From: an uncultured Rhizobacter sp.
GTDB lineage: Bacteria > Pseudomonadota > Gammaproteobacteria > Burkholderiales > Burkholderiaceae_C
Assembly (NCBI GenBank): GCA_966212105.1
Contig: CBIHPH010000004.1
Span: 6,935-70,934, forward strand
DNA length: 64,000 nucleotides
Reading direction: 5' to 3'
Every line of letters starts with the position of its first letter. Position 1 is the first letter of the stretch. The notes below the pieces were generated by a model, which had not been told where the DNA came from, did no database searches, and worked only from the letters and a program-made list of their open reading frames with translations. This document shows positions 20,773 through 30,745 of the stretch, in pieces. A program made the position numbers and the translations under genes.

Positions 20773-21858
20773 ATGAAGACCTATCGCATCGCCACCATTC
20801 CGGGAGACGGCATTGGCAAGGAGGTCGTGCCCGCCGGCCAGCAGGTGCTGCAGGCGCTCGCTGCTTCCGGCAGTGCGTTTCGCTTCGAATTCCAGAACTT
20901 CGATTGGGGCGGGGATTACTACCGCAGGCACGGCGTCATGATGCCGGACGACGGACTCACTGCGCTCAAGGGGCAGGATGCGATCTTGTTCGGGTCGGCC
21001 GGCGATCCGGACATTCCGGACCACATCACGTTGTGGGGCTTGCGGCTGAAGATCTGCCAGGGCTTCGATCAGTATGCGAATGTGCGTCCCACGCGCATCC
21101 TGCCGGGCATCGACGGTCCGCTGAAGCGTTGCAAGCCTGAAGACCTGGATTGGGTGATCGTGCGGGAGAACTCGGAAGGCGAGTATTCGGGCGTGGGCGG
21201 GCGCGTGCACCAGGGGCAACCGATCGAGGTCGCCACGGATGTGTCCATGATGACGCGCGTGGGCGTGGAGCGGATTGTGCGTTTCGCGTTCAAGCTGGCT
21301 CAGTCTCGTCCGCGCAAGCACCTCACGGTGGTCACCAAGAGCAATGCCCAGCGTCACGCGATGGTGATGTGGGATCAGATCGCAGGGGAGGTGGCCGGCG
21401 AGTTCCCGGACGTGTCGTGGGACAAGGAGCTCGTCGATGCGATGACCGCTCGCATGGTCAACAAGCCTGCCACGCTGGACACCATCGTCGCGACGAACCT
21501 GCATGCCGACATCCTGAGCGACCTCGCGGCCGCTCTGGCCGGCAGCCTGGGCATCGCGCCCACCGGAAACATCGATCCTGAGCGGCGCTCTCCGTCGATG
21601 TTCGAGCCCATCCACGGCTCCGCATTCGACATCATGGGCAAGGGGCTGGCAAACCCGGTGGGCACGTTCTGGTCGGTCGTGATGCTGCTGGAGCACCTCG
21701 GTGAGAGCGAAGCGGCCCGGCACGTGATGAATGCGATCGAGCAGGTGACCGCCGACCCGACCTTGCACACACGGGACCTCGGTGGCACGGCCACGACCGC
21801 GCAGGTGACCGAGGCGGTTTGCCGTGCGATTGCAGGACCGAAGCGCCAGGCCGCCTGA
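20773..21858 (+). CDS. Tartrate dehydrogenase / D-malate dehydrogenase (decarboxylating) family
   Basis: YRIATIPGDGIGKEV, PDHITLWGL, FDQYANVRP, RENSEGEYS, TKSNA and SMFEPIHGSAFDI; AGGAG RBS. Confidence 0.92.
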   Translation: MKTYRIATIPGDGIGKEVVPAGQQVLQALAASGSAFRFEFQNFDWGGDYYRRHGVMMPDDGLTALKGQDAILFGSAGDPDIPDHITLWGLRLKICQGFDQYANVRPTRILPGIDGPLKRCKPEDLDWVIVRENSEGEYSGVGGRVHQGQPIEVATDVSMMTRVGVERIVRFAFKLAQSRPRKHLTVVTKSNAQRHAMVMWDQIAGEVAGEFPDVSWDKELVDAMTARMVNKPATLDTIVATNLHADILSDLAAALAGSLGIAPTGNIDPERRSPSMFEPIHGSAFDIMGKGLANPVGTFWSVVMLLEHLGESEAARHVMNAIEQVTADPTLHTRDLGGTATTAQVTEAVCRAIAGPKRQAA

Positions 21859-21926
21859 TTTGATCGATGGCGCCGAAGGTTCTGTTGTTTCTCATTCGAG
21901 CGCCAACGCGCATTCAGGAGACGAAC

Positions 21927-22913
21927 ATGGAAGTTTTCCTCAACTTCAAGCGACGCCACGCCGTGCAGGCCGTGGCGCTCGCCGCAGCGATGTCCGCCAG
22001 CAGCGTCTTTGCGCAGGCATGGCCGAGCAAACCGATCAGCCTCGTCGTGCCGTTCCCCGCGGGCGGTACCACCGATGTGCTGGCCCGTGCGCTCGCCGAC
22101 AAGCTGCAGCAGAGCCTTGGCCAGCCGGTGATCGTCGAAAGCAAGCCCGGCGCGGGCGCCACCCTGGGCGCAGACTACGTCGCCAAGTCGAAGCCCGATG
22201 GCCACACGCTGCTCGTGGGCGCGGTGCACCACACGATTGCATCGAGCGTCTACAAGAAGTTGCCCTACGATTTCCAGAAGGATTTCTTGCCGATCACCAC
22301 GATCGCGATGGTGCCCAATGTGCTGGTGGTCAATGCGGCCAACCCGGCGAAGACGGTCGCCGATCTCGTGGCACAAGCCAAGGCCCAGCCCGGAAAGCTC
22401 AACTACGGGTCGAACGGCAACGGCACGGCGCAGCACTTGATCGGTACGCAGTTCGAGAACGTCACCGGAACGGACCTCGTGCACATCCCCTACAAGGGAA
22501 GCGGCCCGATGGTCACCGACCTGCTCGGCAACCAGATCACGATGACCTTCGATACCGTGACGCCCGTTCTGCCGCACATCAAGGGCGGCAAGCTGCGTGC
22601 GTTGGCGGTGACGACGGCAAGGCGGGCATCGGCGCTGCCGGACGTTCCCACGCTCGATGAGGCCGGGGTCAAAGGCATCCACATCGGCACCTGGTTCGGT
22701 GTGTTGGCGCCGGCGGCCACGCCCAAGGAGATCGTGGACCGGCTCAACGCCGAGATGGTCAAGGCGATCCATTCGCCGGAGTTCAAGAAGCGCATGGACG
22801 AGATCGGCGCCGAACCGGTCGGCGACACGGAAGAGCAGATGGCGGCGCAGGTCAAGAGCGAGACCGACAAGTTCGCCAAGCTCGTCAGGGATGCCAAGGT
22901 GACGATCGAATAG
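21927..22913 (+). CDS. Bug/TctC tripartite tricarboxylate transporter substrate-binding protein
   Basis: Signal peptide followed by WPSKPISLVVPFPAGGTTDVLAR...PDGHTLL...HIPYKGSGP. Confidence 0.95.
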   Translation: MEVFLNFKRRHAVQAVALAAAMSASSVFAQAWPSKPISLVVPFPAGGTTDVLARALADKLQQSLGQPVIVESKPGAGATLGADYVAKSKPDGHTLLVGAVHHTIASSVYKKLPYDFQKDFLPITTIAMVPNVLVVNAANPAKTVADLVAQAKAQPGKLNYGSNGNGTAQHLIGTQFENVTGTDLVHIPYKGSGPMVTDLLGNQITMTFDTVTPVLPHIKGGKLRALAVTTARRASALPDVPTLDEAGVKGIHIGTWFGVLAPAATPKEIVDRLNAEMVKAIHSPEFKKRMDEIGAEPVGDTEEQMAAQVKSETDKFAKLVRDAKVTIE

Positions 22914-23016
22914 CCCCCGGCAGGCGAAAGACGTTTCTTCAGCGTCCCTCCGCTCATGTGGAGCGCTGTTCTTGCCTCCTCGCCTTCACGGTACATTGCG
23001 CACCGAGGAGGAGAGG

Positions 23017-26000
23017 ATGGAGATCTTGTCGAATGGGGCAGACACCCCGCCAGGGGGCGGCCCCGCCGTAGAGATCGGTCTCGAGGCCGACCCCACCGTG
23101 GGTTATGCGTCGATTCAGAATTCGGTGCCTGTCGTTCGCGCACTCCGGGTGACGAACCTTGGAGACGAGGTGCTCGAGGGCCTCGAGGTGCATCTCAGCT
23201 GCGACCCGGCTTTCGCGGGCGGCGCCAGGCTCCGCTTCGAGCGCCTCGCTCCGGGCGAATCTCGCACCATTGCTCCGATCGACCTGCACCCGGACCATGG
23301 CTGCCTTTCGGAGTTGCGCGAGGGGGTGGCCGCCTCCATCGTCGCCACGGTCCGCCGGGGCGATGAGCAGCTGGGCCGGCATGTGCGGCCTGTCCAGGTG
23401 CTGGCCTATGATCAATGGGCCGGAACGCGTGCGCTGCCGGAACTGCTGGCGGCCTTTTGCATGCCCAACCATCCTGCGGTCGACTTGCTTGTCGGCAAGG
23501 CGTCGAAGCTGCTTCGAACGTTCCATCCGGAGCTGTCGATGGACGGGTACCAGTCGAGGAGCCGGGAGGTAGTCTGGAAGCAGGTGTCGGCGCTGTACAG
23601 CACCATTGCGGCCGAAACCCTTCAGTACGTCGAGCCTCCCGCCTCGTTCGGAAACGACGGCCAGAAAATTCGCACGCCGGACCGGATCCTCGAATCCAGG
23701 GTGGGCACATGCCTGGACCTGGCCATGCTGTTCGCGTCATGCCTGGAGCAAGCCGGCCTGCGCGCGGTCGTCATCTTCAAGCAGGGCCATGCCTGGGCGG
23801 GCGTTTGGCTGCATCAGGCTTCCTTTGCCGACCCGCTGGTGGATGATGTGCACGAGGTGCGCAAGCGCATTGCCAGCGGGGAGTTCATCGCTTTCGAGGC
23901 CACGGGGGTGGCGCTTCACCACAGCCAGCGACCGTCCCTTCGGAGGGCCGTGGAGCAGGGCCTGGCGCACCTGCAGGACGAGCAGGACTTCCTCTTTGCC
24001 GTCGACATCTTCATGGCCCGTGGCGTGCAGATCAAGCCGCTGCCCAGTCGGTTCACCCCGCCGGTGGGCACCGAGCCCGCAGAGCCGACCACGCCCGAGC
24101 ACATCGAGGAGGTACCGGATCTGCCGCCCCTCGATTCCGCATTCCTGGCGCCGATGGAGATCGCCGTGGAGGACAGCCCACAGGGGCGCCTGGCGAAATG
24201 GAAGGCCCGGCTGCTCGACCTGACCCTGCGCAACCGCCTGCTGAATTTCAAGACGACCAAGACCACCTTGCAGCTGGTGGCGCCGGATCTGGGCGAATTG
24301 GAAGACTGTCTTGCCAAGGGGACGGAGTTCCGCATCAAGGCGCTGCCGTCGCTGATGGAGGGCGCGGACCCGCGCATGGCACAGGTTCACGCCAATCGCA
24401 CGGGACGCTCGCCTTTGGACGATACGGCGCGGGATGCGCTGGCGAACAAGGAATTGATCGCGAAAGTTCCAGCCGATGCCCTCGACGGCAACCTGTTGAC
24501 CCTCTATTCCGCAGCGAAGACGGGGCTGGAAGAAGGTGGGGCGAACACGCTGTACCTGGCCATCGGGCTGCTGCAATGGACCGAGGCGGAGAAGGCCGAA
24601 GCGATTCACCGGGCGCCCATTCTTCTGGTGCCAGTCACGTTGACGCGCCAGTCGGTCCGCAGTGGGTACCGGCTCGCCCGACACGATGATGAAGCCATCA
24701 TCAACCCGACGTTGCTGCAGTTGCTCAAGGATGTCTTCGCACTCAGGGTGGCGGGCCTGGACGTCGTTCCCACGGACGAGAAGGGCATCGATGTGCCGCG
24801 TGTCCTCCAGGCCTTCAGGCTGGCCACCCGCGAGATGGCGAAGTGGGAGGTGCTGGAGCAGGCGCACCTGGGCATCTTCTCGTTCACCAAGTACCTCATG
24901 TGGAAGGACTTGCAGGACCGCGTCGAGCCGTTGAAGCGCAACCGCGTGGTCAGGCACCTCATGGAGCACCCGGGCGAAGCGTTCGCCATCGAGACAGCCG
25001 TCATCGACGGGCCGCGCCTCGATGATGCCTACCGTCCGCAGGACATCCATGCGCCGATGTTGTCCGATTCGTCCCAGCTCGAGGCCATTTGCGCGGTGGA
25101 CGCCGGGCGGGACCTGGTGCTGGAAGGACCCCCCGGAACAGGCAAGAGCCAGACGATCACCAACATCATTGCGCACAGCCTCGCCAAGGGCAAGACGGTG
25201 CTCTTCGTGTCGGAGAAGATGGCGGCGCTCGAAGTGGTGCACCGGCGGCTGACCGACATCGGCCTGGATCCGTTCTGCCTGGAGCTTCATTCGTCGAAAG
25301 CCAGGAAGACCGAGGTGCTGGCCCAGTTGGGCAAAGCGCTGGAGGTGAGCGGCTCGCGCACGGCCGGTGAATGGGCGCGAGAGGCCGAACGCCTGGGCGC
25401 GTTGCGCCAGGAACTCAACGGCCTCGTGGACACGCTGCACCGGGTGCATCCGAACGGGCTGGATGTCTTCTCTGCCATCGGTACCTGCATTGCGAACTCA
25501 GGCAAGCCTGCGTCCACGATGGCATGGACCGATGCGAACGTGCATTCGCGGGAAGACCTCGACGCCCTCCGCGAAACCGCGCGGCGCATCTCGACGCTTG
25601 CCCAGGCGCTGTCGGCGCTCGAAGGGCATCCGCTGGCATGCATTGGTCACGCCGAATGGTCCCCGAGCTGGCAGGATGCGCTGCTTGCGGCGGCGGCGGA
25701 CACATCGGCCGCCGCGGCAGGCGTTCAGGAAGCGGGCGGACGCCTCTCCGAGTGGCTCGGCCTGGGCATGACCGGGCACAGCATGGAAAGGCTCGTCGCC
25801 ATCGAGCGCCTTGCCGAGGTTCTGCTCGGTGCGCCCAAGGTGCCCGCCGGCCTGGCGCGCCAGGCGCACGATGCGACGGCACTGGCGTGCGTTGCCGCGT
25901 TGATCCAGCATGGACGGGCGCGCGAGGAACACTGGTCGCGCATCGGTGGGGGATGGACACCGCAGCTGGCCAGGCTCAGCGCCATCGAACTCCAGGGCCA

Positions 26001-28935
26001 ATGGCGCGAGGCGGTCAACGCATGGTGGCCGAAATCCTGGTTTGCCAAGCGCGCGTTCCTGGGCCGCCTCGCTGCCGTGCGCGACGATGCCCAGCCGCCG
26101 GCTGCCACGGTGGTCGATGCAGCGCTGGGCTGCCTCGCCCAGGTCAACGAGGAAGACGAATGGCTTCGCGGCAGGCAGGCCGGTGCCGAGGCGTTGCTGC
26201 AGGAGGCCTACGCAGGCGCGGAGACCGACTGGACGGCGGTCGAGGCCCATGGTGCATGGGCCAAGGATTTTGCGGATGCCGTGGTGCACCTGGCCGGAAG
26301 CGACATCGCACTGGCCGATGCCGTGAGGCAAAGACTCGCTCCGGTCGTCTCCGAACAGCGGACCCTGCTATCGCCGGACGGGGCCGTCGGTCGCATGCTG
26401 GTGAGGTTCCTCGATGCCCATGCGGTCCTGCGCGCCAAAGTCAGTGCGGTCGAGGCGCTTGCCAAGCCAACGGCGTCGTTGACCGGGCCGGTCGATGCCG
26501 ATGGCGCGTTGGACCGCTTGCAATCCACCCTGGGCCAATGGCAGCAGGCCCACCGGGCGCTGCAGCCTTGGTGCCTGTGGCGCCAGGTTCGGGGTCACGC
26601 GATCGCGCAAGGCCTGCAGGGCCTGGTGCAAAGCGTCGAGCACGGGACGGTTGCGCTTCATGAGGTCGAACCGCATTTCGAGTACAGCTACCGGAGCTGG
26701 TGGCTCAAGCGAACGGTGGATTCGGACCGCGTGCTTCGCGAGTTTTCAAGCGCGGACCACGAGCGCAAGATCCAGGAGTTCAGGGCGGCCGATCGCCGCT
26801 TTCAGAAGCTCACGCAAGACCATATTGTCGCCACCTTGTCCAGCAACGTGCCGTCGGCCACAGCTGCGGCGGTGGGGGCGGACAGCGAAATGGGGCGGCT
26901 GCGGCGCGAACTGCAAAAGCAGCGCAGGCATCTTCCGGTCCGGCAGCTCGTGCAGGGGCTGCCCACGTTGCTGCCCAGGCTCAAGCCGTGTCTTCTGATG
27001 TCGCCCCTGTCTGTCGCGCAATACCTCGATGCCGGTCATTCGCAATTCGATCTGGTCGTGTTCGACGAGGCTTCTCAGATTGCCGTATGGGATGCGGTCG
27101 GGGTGATCGCGCGCGGCAGGCAACTCGTCGTCGTGGGTGATCCCAAGCAACTGCCGCCCACCAGTTTCTTCACACGCTCATCCGACGATGCCGACAGTGC
27201 CGTGGACGAGCAACAGGTGGAGGATCTGGAGAGCATCCTCGATGAGTGCCTTGGCGCCGGCATGAACCGGCTCGGCTTGAAGTGGCACTATCGCAGCCGC
27301 CACGAAAGTCTCATCACCTTCAGCAACGTCCACTACTACGGCTCCGAGCTTGTCACGTTCCCTTCGTCTGTGACGGACGACGTGGCGGTGAGGTTCGAGC
27401 CGATCGAAGGCAGGTATGACCGTGGCGGCTCGCGCACCAACAGGGCGGAGGCCGATGCGATCGTGCAGGCCATCGAGAATCACTACATGAAAGACGGCGG
27501 AACAAGCCACAGCCTCGGCGTGGTGACGTTCAACCAGCCGCAGCAGGCACTCATCGCGAGCCTGCTCGATGCCCGCCGCATGGCCAACCCGCAGTTGGAC
27601 AAGGCCATCGCCCAGGAGGTGCAGGAGCCGCTCTTCATCAAGAACCTGGAAAACGTCCAGGGCGACGAACGCGACCTCATCTTCTTCTCCATCACCTACG
27701 GGCCGGACCTCGCGGGCAAGGTCAGCATGAACTTCGGACCGCTGAACGGAGAAGGTGGGCACCGCCGCCTGAACGTGGCGATCTCGCGAGCGCGGCACGG
27801 CGTTGTCATCTTCAGCACGCTCAAGCCCGAGGTGATCGATGTGAGCCGTGTGCGTGCCGCCGGCGTGCGTGACTTGAAGCACTACCTCGAATTCGCGCTG
27901 CGAGGGCCGAGCGCATTGGTGGGACAGTCTGCACAGGCAAGAGGCGAGCTGGACAGCCCGTTCGAGATGGCCGTCATCGAGATGCTTCGTGACCGAGGGT
28001 GGGTCGTCCATTCCAGGGTCGGCTGCTCCGACTACCGCATCGATCTTGCGATCGTGGATCCACGCGCGCCCGGCCGCTACCTGGCGGGCGTGGAATGCGA
28101 CGGACGGACCTACCGTTCGGCGGCCACCGCCAGAGACCGCGATCGCCTGCGCCAACACGTTCTGGAAGGGCTGGGGTGGCGCATCCACCGCATCTGGTCG
28201 ACCGATTGGTGGATGAACCCGGAGCGGGAGTTCACGAAGCTCCTGACGAGGCTGGAATTCCTGCTGAATGAACCGTCTGCGGGCGTTTCAGTCTCTGATG
28301 TGACTGTCGCCAGCGTGCCGGCGGAGGAAAGAGCCGAATCGGGCGCTTCCCTGAAGGATCCTGTGGCGGCCATGCCTGCGGCGTTGAAGCCCTATGCGCT
28401 GACGATTCTTCCGAAGGGCGTGCCGGAGGATTTTCATGGGAGCGGAGCTTCGTCCATCCTCCGGGAGCACATCGTCGCCGTGGTGAACATCGAAGGGCCC
28501 GTGCTGGATTCAGTGCTGTTCAAGCGGGTTGCGCGCGCCTGGGGGCTCGAGCGCACAGGTCCCCGCATCGTGGAGAGGCTGCGCGGCTTGGCGCCTTCTT
28601 CCATCATCAAGACAGTCGATGGCGAGCGAACCTTCTATTGGCCTGCCGAATCGCTGCCTTTCCAATGGAGCGAATTCCGGGTGGCGGGCCACGACGAACA
28701 GTCCAGACGGCACATCGACGAGGTCGCCCTCGAGGAGATCGGTGCGCTGATGAGGCATGTGCTCGAAGAGGCTGGTGGGTCCAGCCGCCAGGAACTGGCG
28801 CGGGTGAGTTGCAGGATGCTCGGCATGAGCCGGATGCCGGCCGATGCGGAGGCTCGTGCGCTGGCCGCCATCGAGATGCTGGTTTCCCGCGGCAGCGTGA
28901 CGGCTGAGGATGATGTCGTGCGAATCCTCGCGTAG
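23017..28935 (+). CDS. Large DUF4011 / SF1 (DNA2/NAM7-like) helicase / Vsr-like nuclease / DUF3320-type protein, Hhe-like anti-phage candidate
   Basis: WKARLLDLTLRNRLLNF (DUF4011-type); GPPGTGKSQTI, LFVSEKMAALEVV, LMSPLSVAQY, FDEASQ, GDPKQLPP, HYRSRHESLI, ENVQGDERD and RRLNVAISRAR (helicase); YRIDLAI...GVECDG...RDRDRLRQ...LGWRIHRIWSTDWW (nuclease). Confidence 0.9.
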   Translation: MEILSNGADTPPGGGPAVEIGLEADPTVGYASIQNSVPVVRALRVTNLGDEVLEGLEVHLSCDPAFAGGARLRFERLAPGESRTIAPIDLHPDHGCLSELREGVAASIVATVRRGDEQLGRHVRPVQVLAYDQWAGTRALPELLAAFCMPNHPAVDLLVGKASKLLRTFHPELSMDGYQSRSREVVWKQVSALYSTIAAETLQYVEPPASFGNDGQKIRTPDRILESRVGTCLDLAMLFASCLEQAGLRAVVIFKQGHAWAGVWLHQASFADPLVDDVHEVRKRIASGEFIAFEATGVALHHSQRPSLRRAVEQGLAHLQDEQDFLFAVDIFMARGVQIKPLPSRFTPPVGTEPAEPTTPEHIEEVPDLPPLDSAFLAPMEIAVEDSPQGRLAKWKARLLDLTLRNRLLNFKTTKTTLQLVAPDLGELEDCLAKGTEFRIKALPSLMEGADPRMAQVHANRTGRSPLDDTARDALANKELIAKVPADALDGNLLTLYSAAKTGLEEGGANTLYLAIGLLQWTEAEKAEAIHRAPILLVPVTLTRQSVRSGYRLARHDDEAIINPTLLQLLKDVFALRVAGLDVVPTDEKGIDVPRVLQAFRLATREMAKWEVLEQAHLGIFSFTKYLMWKDLQDRVEPLKRNRVVRHLMEHPGEAFAIETAVIDGPRLDDAYRPQDIHAPMLSDSSQLEAICAVDAGRDLVLEGPPGTGKSQTITNIIAHSLAKGKTVLFVSEKMAALEVVHRRLTDIGLDPFCLELHSSKARKTEVLAQLGKALEVSGSRTAGEWAREAERLGALRQELNGLVDTLHRVHPNGLDVFSAIGTCIANSGKPASTMAWTDANVHSREDLDALRETARRISTLAQALSALEGHPLACIGHAEWSPSWQDALLAAAADTSAAAAGVQEAGGRLSEWLGLGMTGHSMERLVAIERLAEVLLGAPKVPAGLARQAHDATALACVAALIQHGRAREEHWSRIGGGWTPQLARLSAIELQGQWREAVNAWWPKSWFAKRAFLGRLAAVRDDAQPPAATVVDAALGCLAQVNEEDEWLRGRQAGAEALLQEAYAGAETDWTAVEAHGAWAKDFADAVVHLAGSDIALADAVRQRLAPVVSEQRTLLSPDGAVGRMLVRFLDAHAVLRAKVSAVEALAKPTASLTGPVDADGALDRLQSTLGQWQQAHRALQPWCLWRQVRGHAIAQGLQGLVQSVEHGTVALHEVEPHFEYSYRSWWLKRTVDSDRVLREFSSADHERKIQEFRAADRRFQKLTQDHIVATLSSNVPSATAAAVGADSEMGRLRRELQKQRRHLPVRQLVQGLPTLLPRLKPCLLMSPLSVAQYLDAGHSQFDLVVFDEASQIAVWDAVGVIARGRQLVVVGDPKQLPPTSFFTRSSDDADSAVDEQQVEDLESILDECLGAGMNRLGLKWHYRSRHESLITFSNVHYYGSELVTFPSSVTDDVAVRFEPIEGRYDRGGSRTNRAEADAIVQAIENHYMKDGGTSHSLGVVTFNQPQQALIASLLDARRMANPQLDKAIAQEVQEPLFIKNLENVQGDERDLIFFSITYGPDLAGKVSMNFGPLNGEGGHRRLNVAISRARHGVVIFSTLKPEVIDVSRVRAAGVRDLKHYLEFALRGPSALVGQSAQARGELDSPFEMAVIEMLRDRGWVVHSRVGCSDYRIDLAIVDPRAPGRYLAGVECDGRTYRSAATARDRDRLRQHVLEGLGWRIHRIWSTDWWMNPEREFTKLLTRLEFLLNEPSAGVSVSDVTVASVPAEERAESGASLKDPVAAMPAALKPYALTILPKGVPEDFHGSGASSILREHIVAVVNIEGPVLDSVLFKRVARAWGLERTGPRIVERLRGLAPSSIIKTVDGERTFYWPAESLPFQWSEFRVAGHDEQSRRHIDEVALEEIGALMRHVLEEAGGSSRQELARVSCRMLGMSRMPADAEARALAAIEMLVSRGSVTAEDDVVRILA

Positions 28936-28949
28936 CGTCCTGTCCCGAT

Positions 28950-29012
28950 GTCACACCGGCGAACGTCGGTATCCACTGGCGGCAGTGAGCCCCGGCTTTC
29001 GCCACTCACGAC
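28950..29012. repeat. REP doublet, second half degenerate
   Basis: GTCACACCGGCGAACGTCGGTATCCA-N10-TGAGCCCCGGCTTTCGCCACTCACGAC; same family as the 10.3-kb array. Confidence 0.8.
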
Positions 29013-29148
29013 GCCACGGTGCGCCGAAGGCATCCATGTTGAGCAGGTGAGCGCGCTCGAGGCAGCCGTAGAGGAACCAGGCGAGATGGTGGCAACGCTG
29101 CGCCTGATGCAGCGTCAGTTGGATCCAGGCCGTGATGGGCATCATCAT
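28951..29148 (-). CDS. Small hypothetical protein (65 aa) whose C-terminus is REP-derived
   Basis: Strong AGGAGA RBS before the ATG; downstream of and co-oriented with the USP gene. Confidence 0.45.
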   Translation of the reverse strand: MMMPITAWIQLTLHQAQRCHHLAWFLYGCLERAHLLNMDAFGAPWRREWRKPGLTAASGYRRSPV

Positions 29149-29231
29149 GTGATTCTCCTGAATAGGTCAGGGTTGGCGGTTCAAGCCGCGGGGATGGGTG
29201 CCCATGCCTGTGTGGCAAGGGCTACCCGACT

Positions 29232-30182
29232 TCATGCGAGGGTGTGCGCTGTCGCGGCTGGCAGCCGCATCTGCGGCGACGAGACATGCGCCAGAGGTTT
29301 CTTGCGAGGCCTCGGGACGATCAGCATGTCGCAGCCGGACTCGGCCAGGATGCGGCGGCTGACGCTGCCCAGAAGGAATTCGCCGAGGGTCGACCGGCCC
29401 TGCTTGCCTGCAACGATCAGGTCAGCGCCGAGTTCCTGGGCATGGCTCAGGGTCGCCCATGCTGGATGACCGTGGGCCACTGCGAAATCCATCCGGCTGC
29501 TGTCCAGGCCGAGCTGGGTGGCCTTGAGTCGCATGCGCTCGATGGTCCCGGCCTCCTGCCGGAGGCGGTACTCGCGAATGACATGCTCGGGCACATCGGT
29601 CGCGCGCAGCAGGGCGTTCTGATGGGTGTCGATTGCATGGAAGACATGCAGGCCGCTGTCGCGCGCCAGCCCAGCCCCCATCGGTATCGCGAACTCCGAT
29701 GAGGCCGTGAAGTCGACGGGCACCAGCACGCGCCGGTACGACTCCCGGACCATCGTCTTGACGACGAGCACCGGGCATCGGCAGGTTCTCAGCATGCGGT
29801 CCGCAGAGCGGCCGACCGACAAAGCGTTCAACCGGGCGTGACCCCGACGGCCAAGAACGAGCAACTCTGCGGGTTCCGACGCCTGCATCAAGGTTTCGAG
29901 CAACGGACCGACCATCACCTCGATGTTTGCTGTCACGTCGTACCGGCCGGCGATCTCGACCGCGAAACGCCGCAGTGCATCCCGTGCGAGCGCGGCCTTG
30001 AGGTCGACGTCGGTCGAAGGCGAGAACCAGTCCCGCAGAGGCTTGCAGCCCGCGGGATCCAGCACGTGCACGAGCTTCAGTCGCGCGCGGTGTTCGTGCG
30101 CCAACCGTGCTGCCCGCCGCACGGCGTTGTTTCCGTCGATCGAGAAGTCGGTGGCTGCCAAAATGGAAGTGAACATTTTCAT
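29232..30182 (-). CDS. Tandem-domain universal stress protein
   Basis: ILAATDFS...LLVLGRRG...GRSADRMLRTCRCPVLVV, then VLVPVDFT...ADLIVAGKQG...LLGSVSRRIL. Confidence 0.92.
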   Translation of the reverse strand: MKMFTSILAATDFSIDGNNAVRRAARLAHEHRARLKLVHVLDPAGCKPLRDWFSPSTDVDLKAALARDALRRFAVEIAGRYDVTANIEVMVGPLLETLMQASEPAELLVLGRRGHARLNALSVGRSADRMLRTCRCPVLVVKTMVRESYRRVLVPVDFTASSEFAIPMGAGLARDSGLHVFHAIDTHQNALLRATDVPEHVIREYRLRQEAGTIERMRLKATQLGLDSSRMDFAVAHGHPAWATLSHAQELGADLIVAGKQGRSTLGEFLLGSVSRRILAESGCDMLIVPRPRKKPLAHVSSPQMRLPAATAHTLA

Positions 30183-30322
30183 GTGCGTTGCCCTCAAGGT
30201 CAGGGTTGTTCGACAGGCGCCGGACGAGCGCGTGCCTGGGCCGCAGGCCCGCTCGCAGCGAAGTTCCTGGAAGCGCCTTGGCTCAATGGCGTGCAGCGCT
30301 CGCTGGCTGCACCCCGGCCCGG

Positions 30323-30745
30323 CTACATCGCGTGGTCGCCGGTCGCCTCGGGTTGGAAGAGGATGGCGAGGATCTCGGCCGCGCGCGCGACTCCCGCATG
30401 GGTGGACCAGCGCGCCACGCAGCCCACCCTTTGGCCGAGCAGGCTGGCGCCCACAGGTGACAGCACGGAGACGAACCCCGTGGCGGGCTCCGCGTCGGCC
30501 GGGTAGCACAGCGTGAGCTTGCTGCGCTTGCCGGACGCGAGGTCTTGCAGCAGCACCTGCGAATACATGGTCACCACATCGGGCGGGGTCTGGAGGGACG
30601 GCACGATGGCGCAGCCCTCGAGGACATGCGTGAGCGCCGGTCCAGGCGTGGGAGAGCCATCGCCGCGCCGGTAGCGGCGCACGAGGTTCACGATTCGGAG
30701 ATGGTCAATTTCAGTGAGCGTACGCTCGAGTGCCAACAATTCCAC
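30323..30745 (-). CDS. Rnk-like GreA/GreB-family protein
   Basis: PPDVVTMYSQV...LTLCYPADA...VSVLSPVGASLLG...ILFQPEA; short N-terminus as in Rnk. Confidence 0.88.
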   Translation of the reverse strand: MELLALERTLTEIDHLRIVNLVRRYRRGDGSPTPGPALTHVLEGCAIVPSLQTPPDVVTMYSQVLLQDLASGKRSKLTLCYPADAEPATGFVSVLSPVGASLLGQRVGCVARWSTHAGVARAAEILAILFQPEATGDHAM

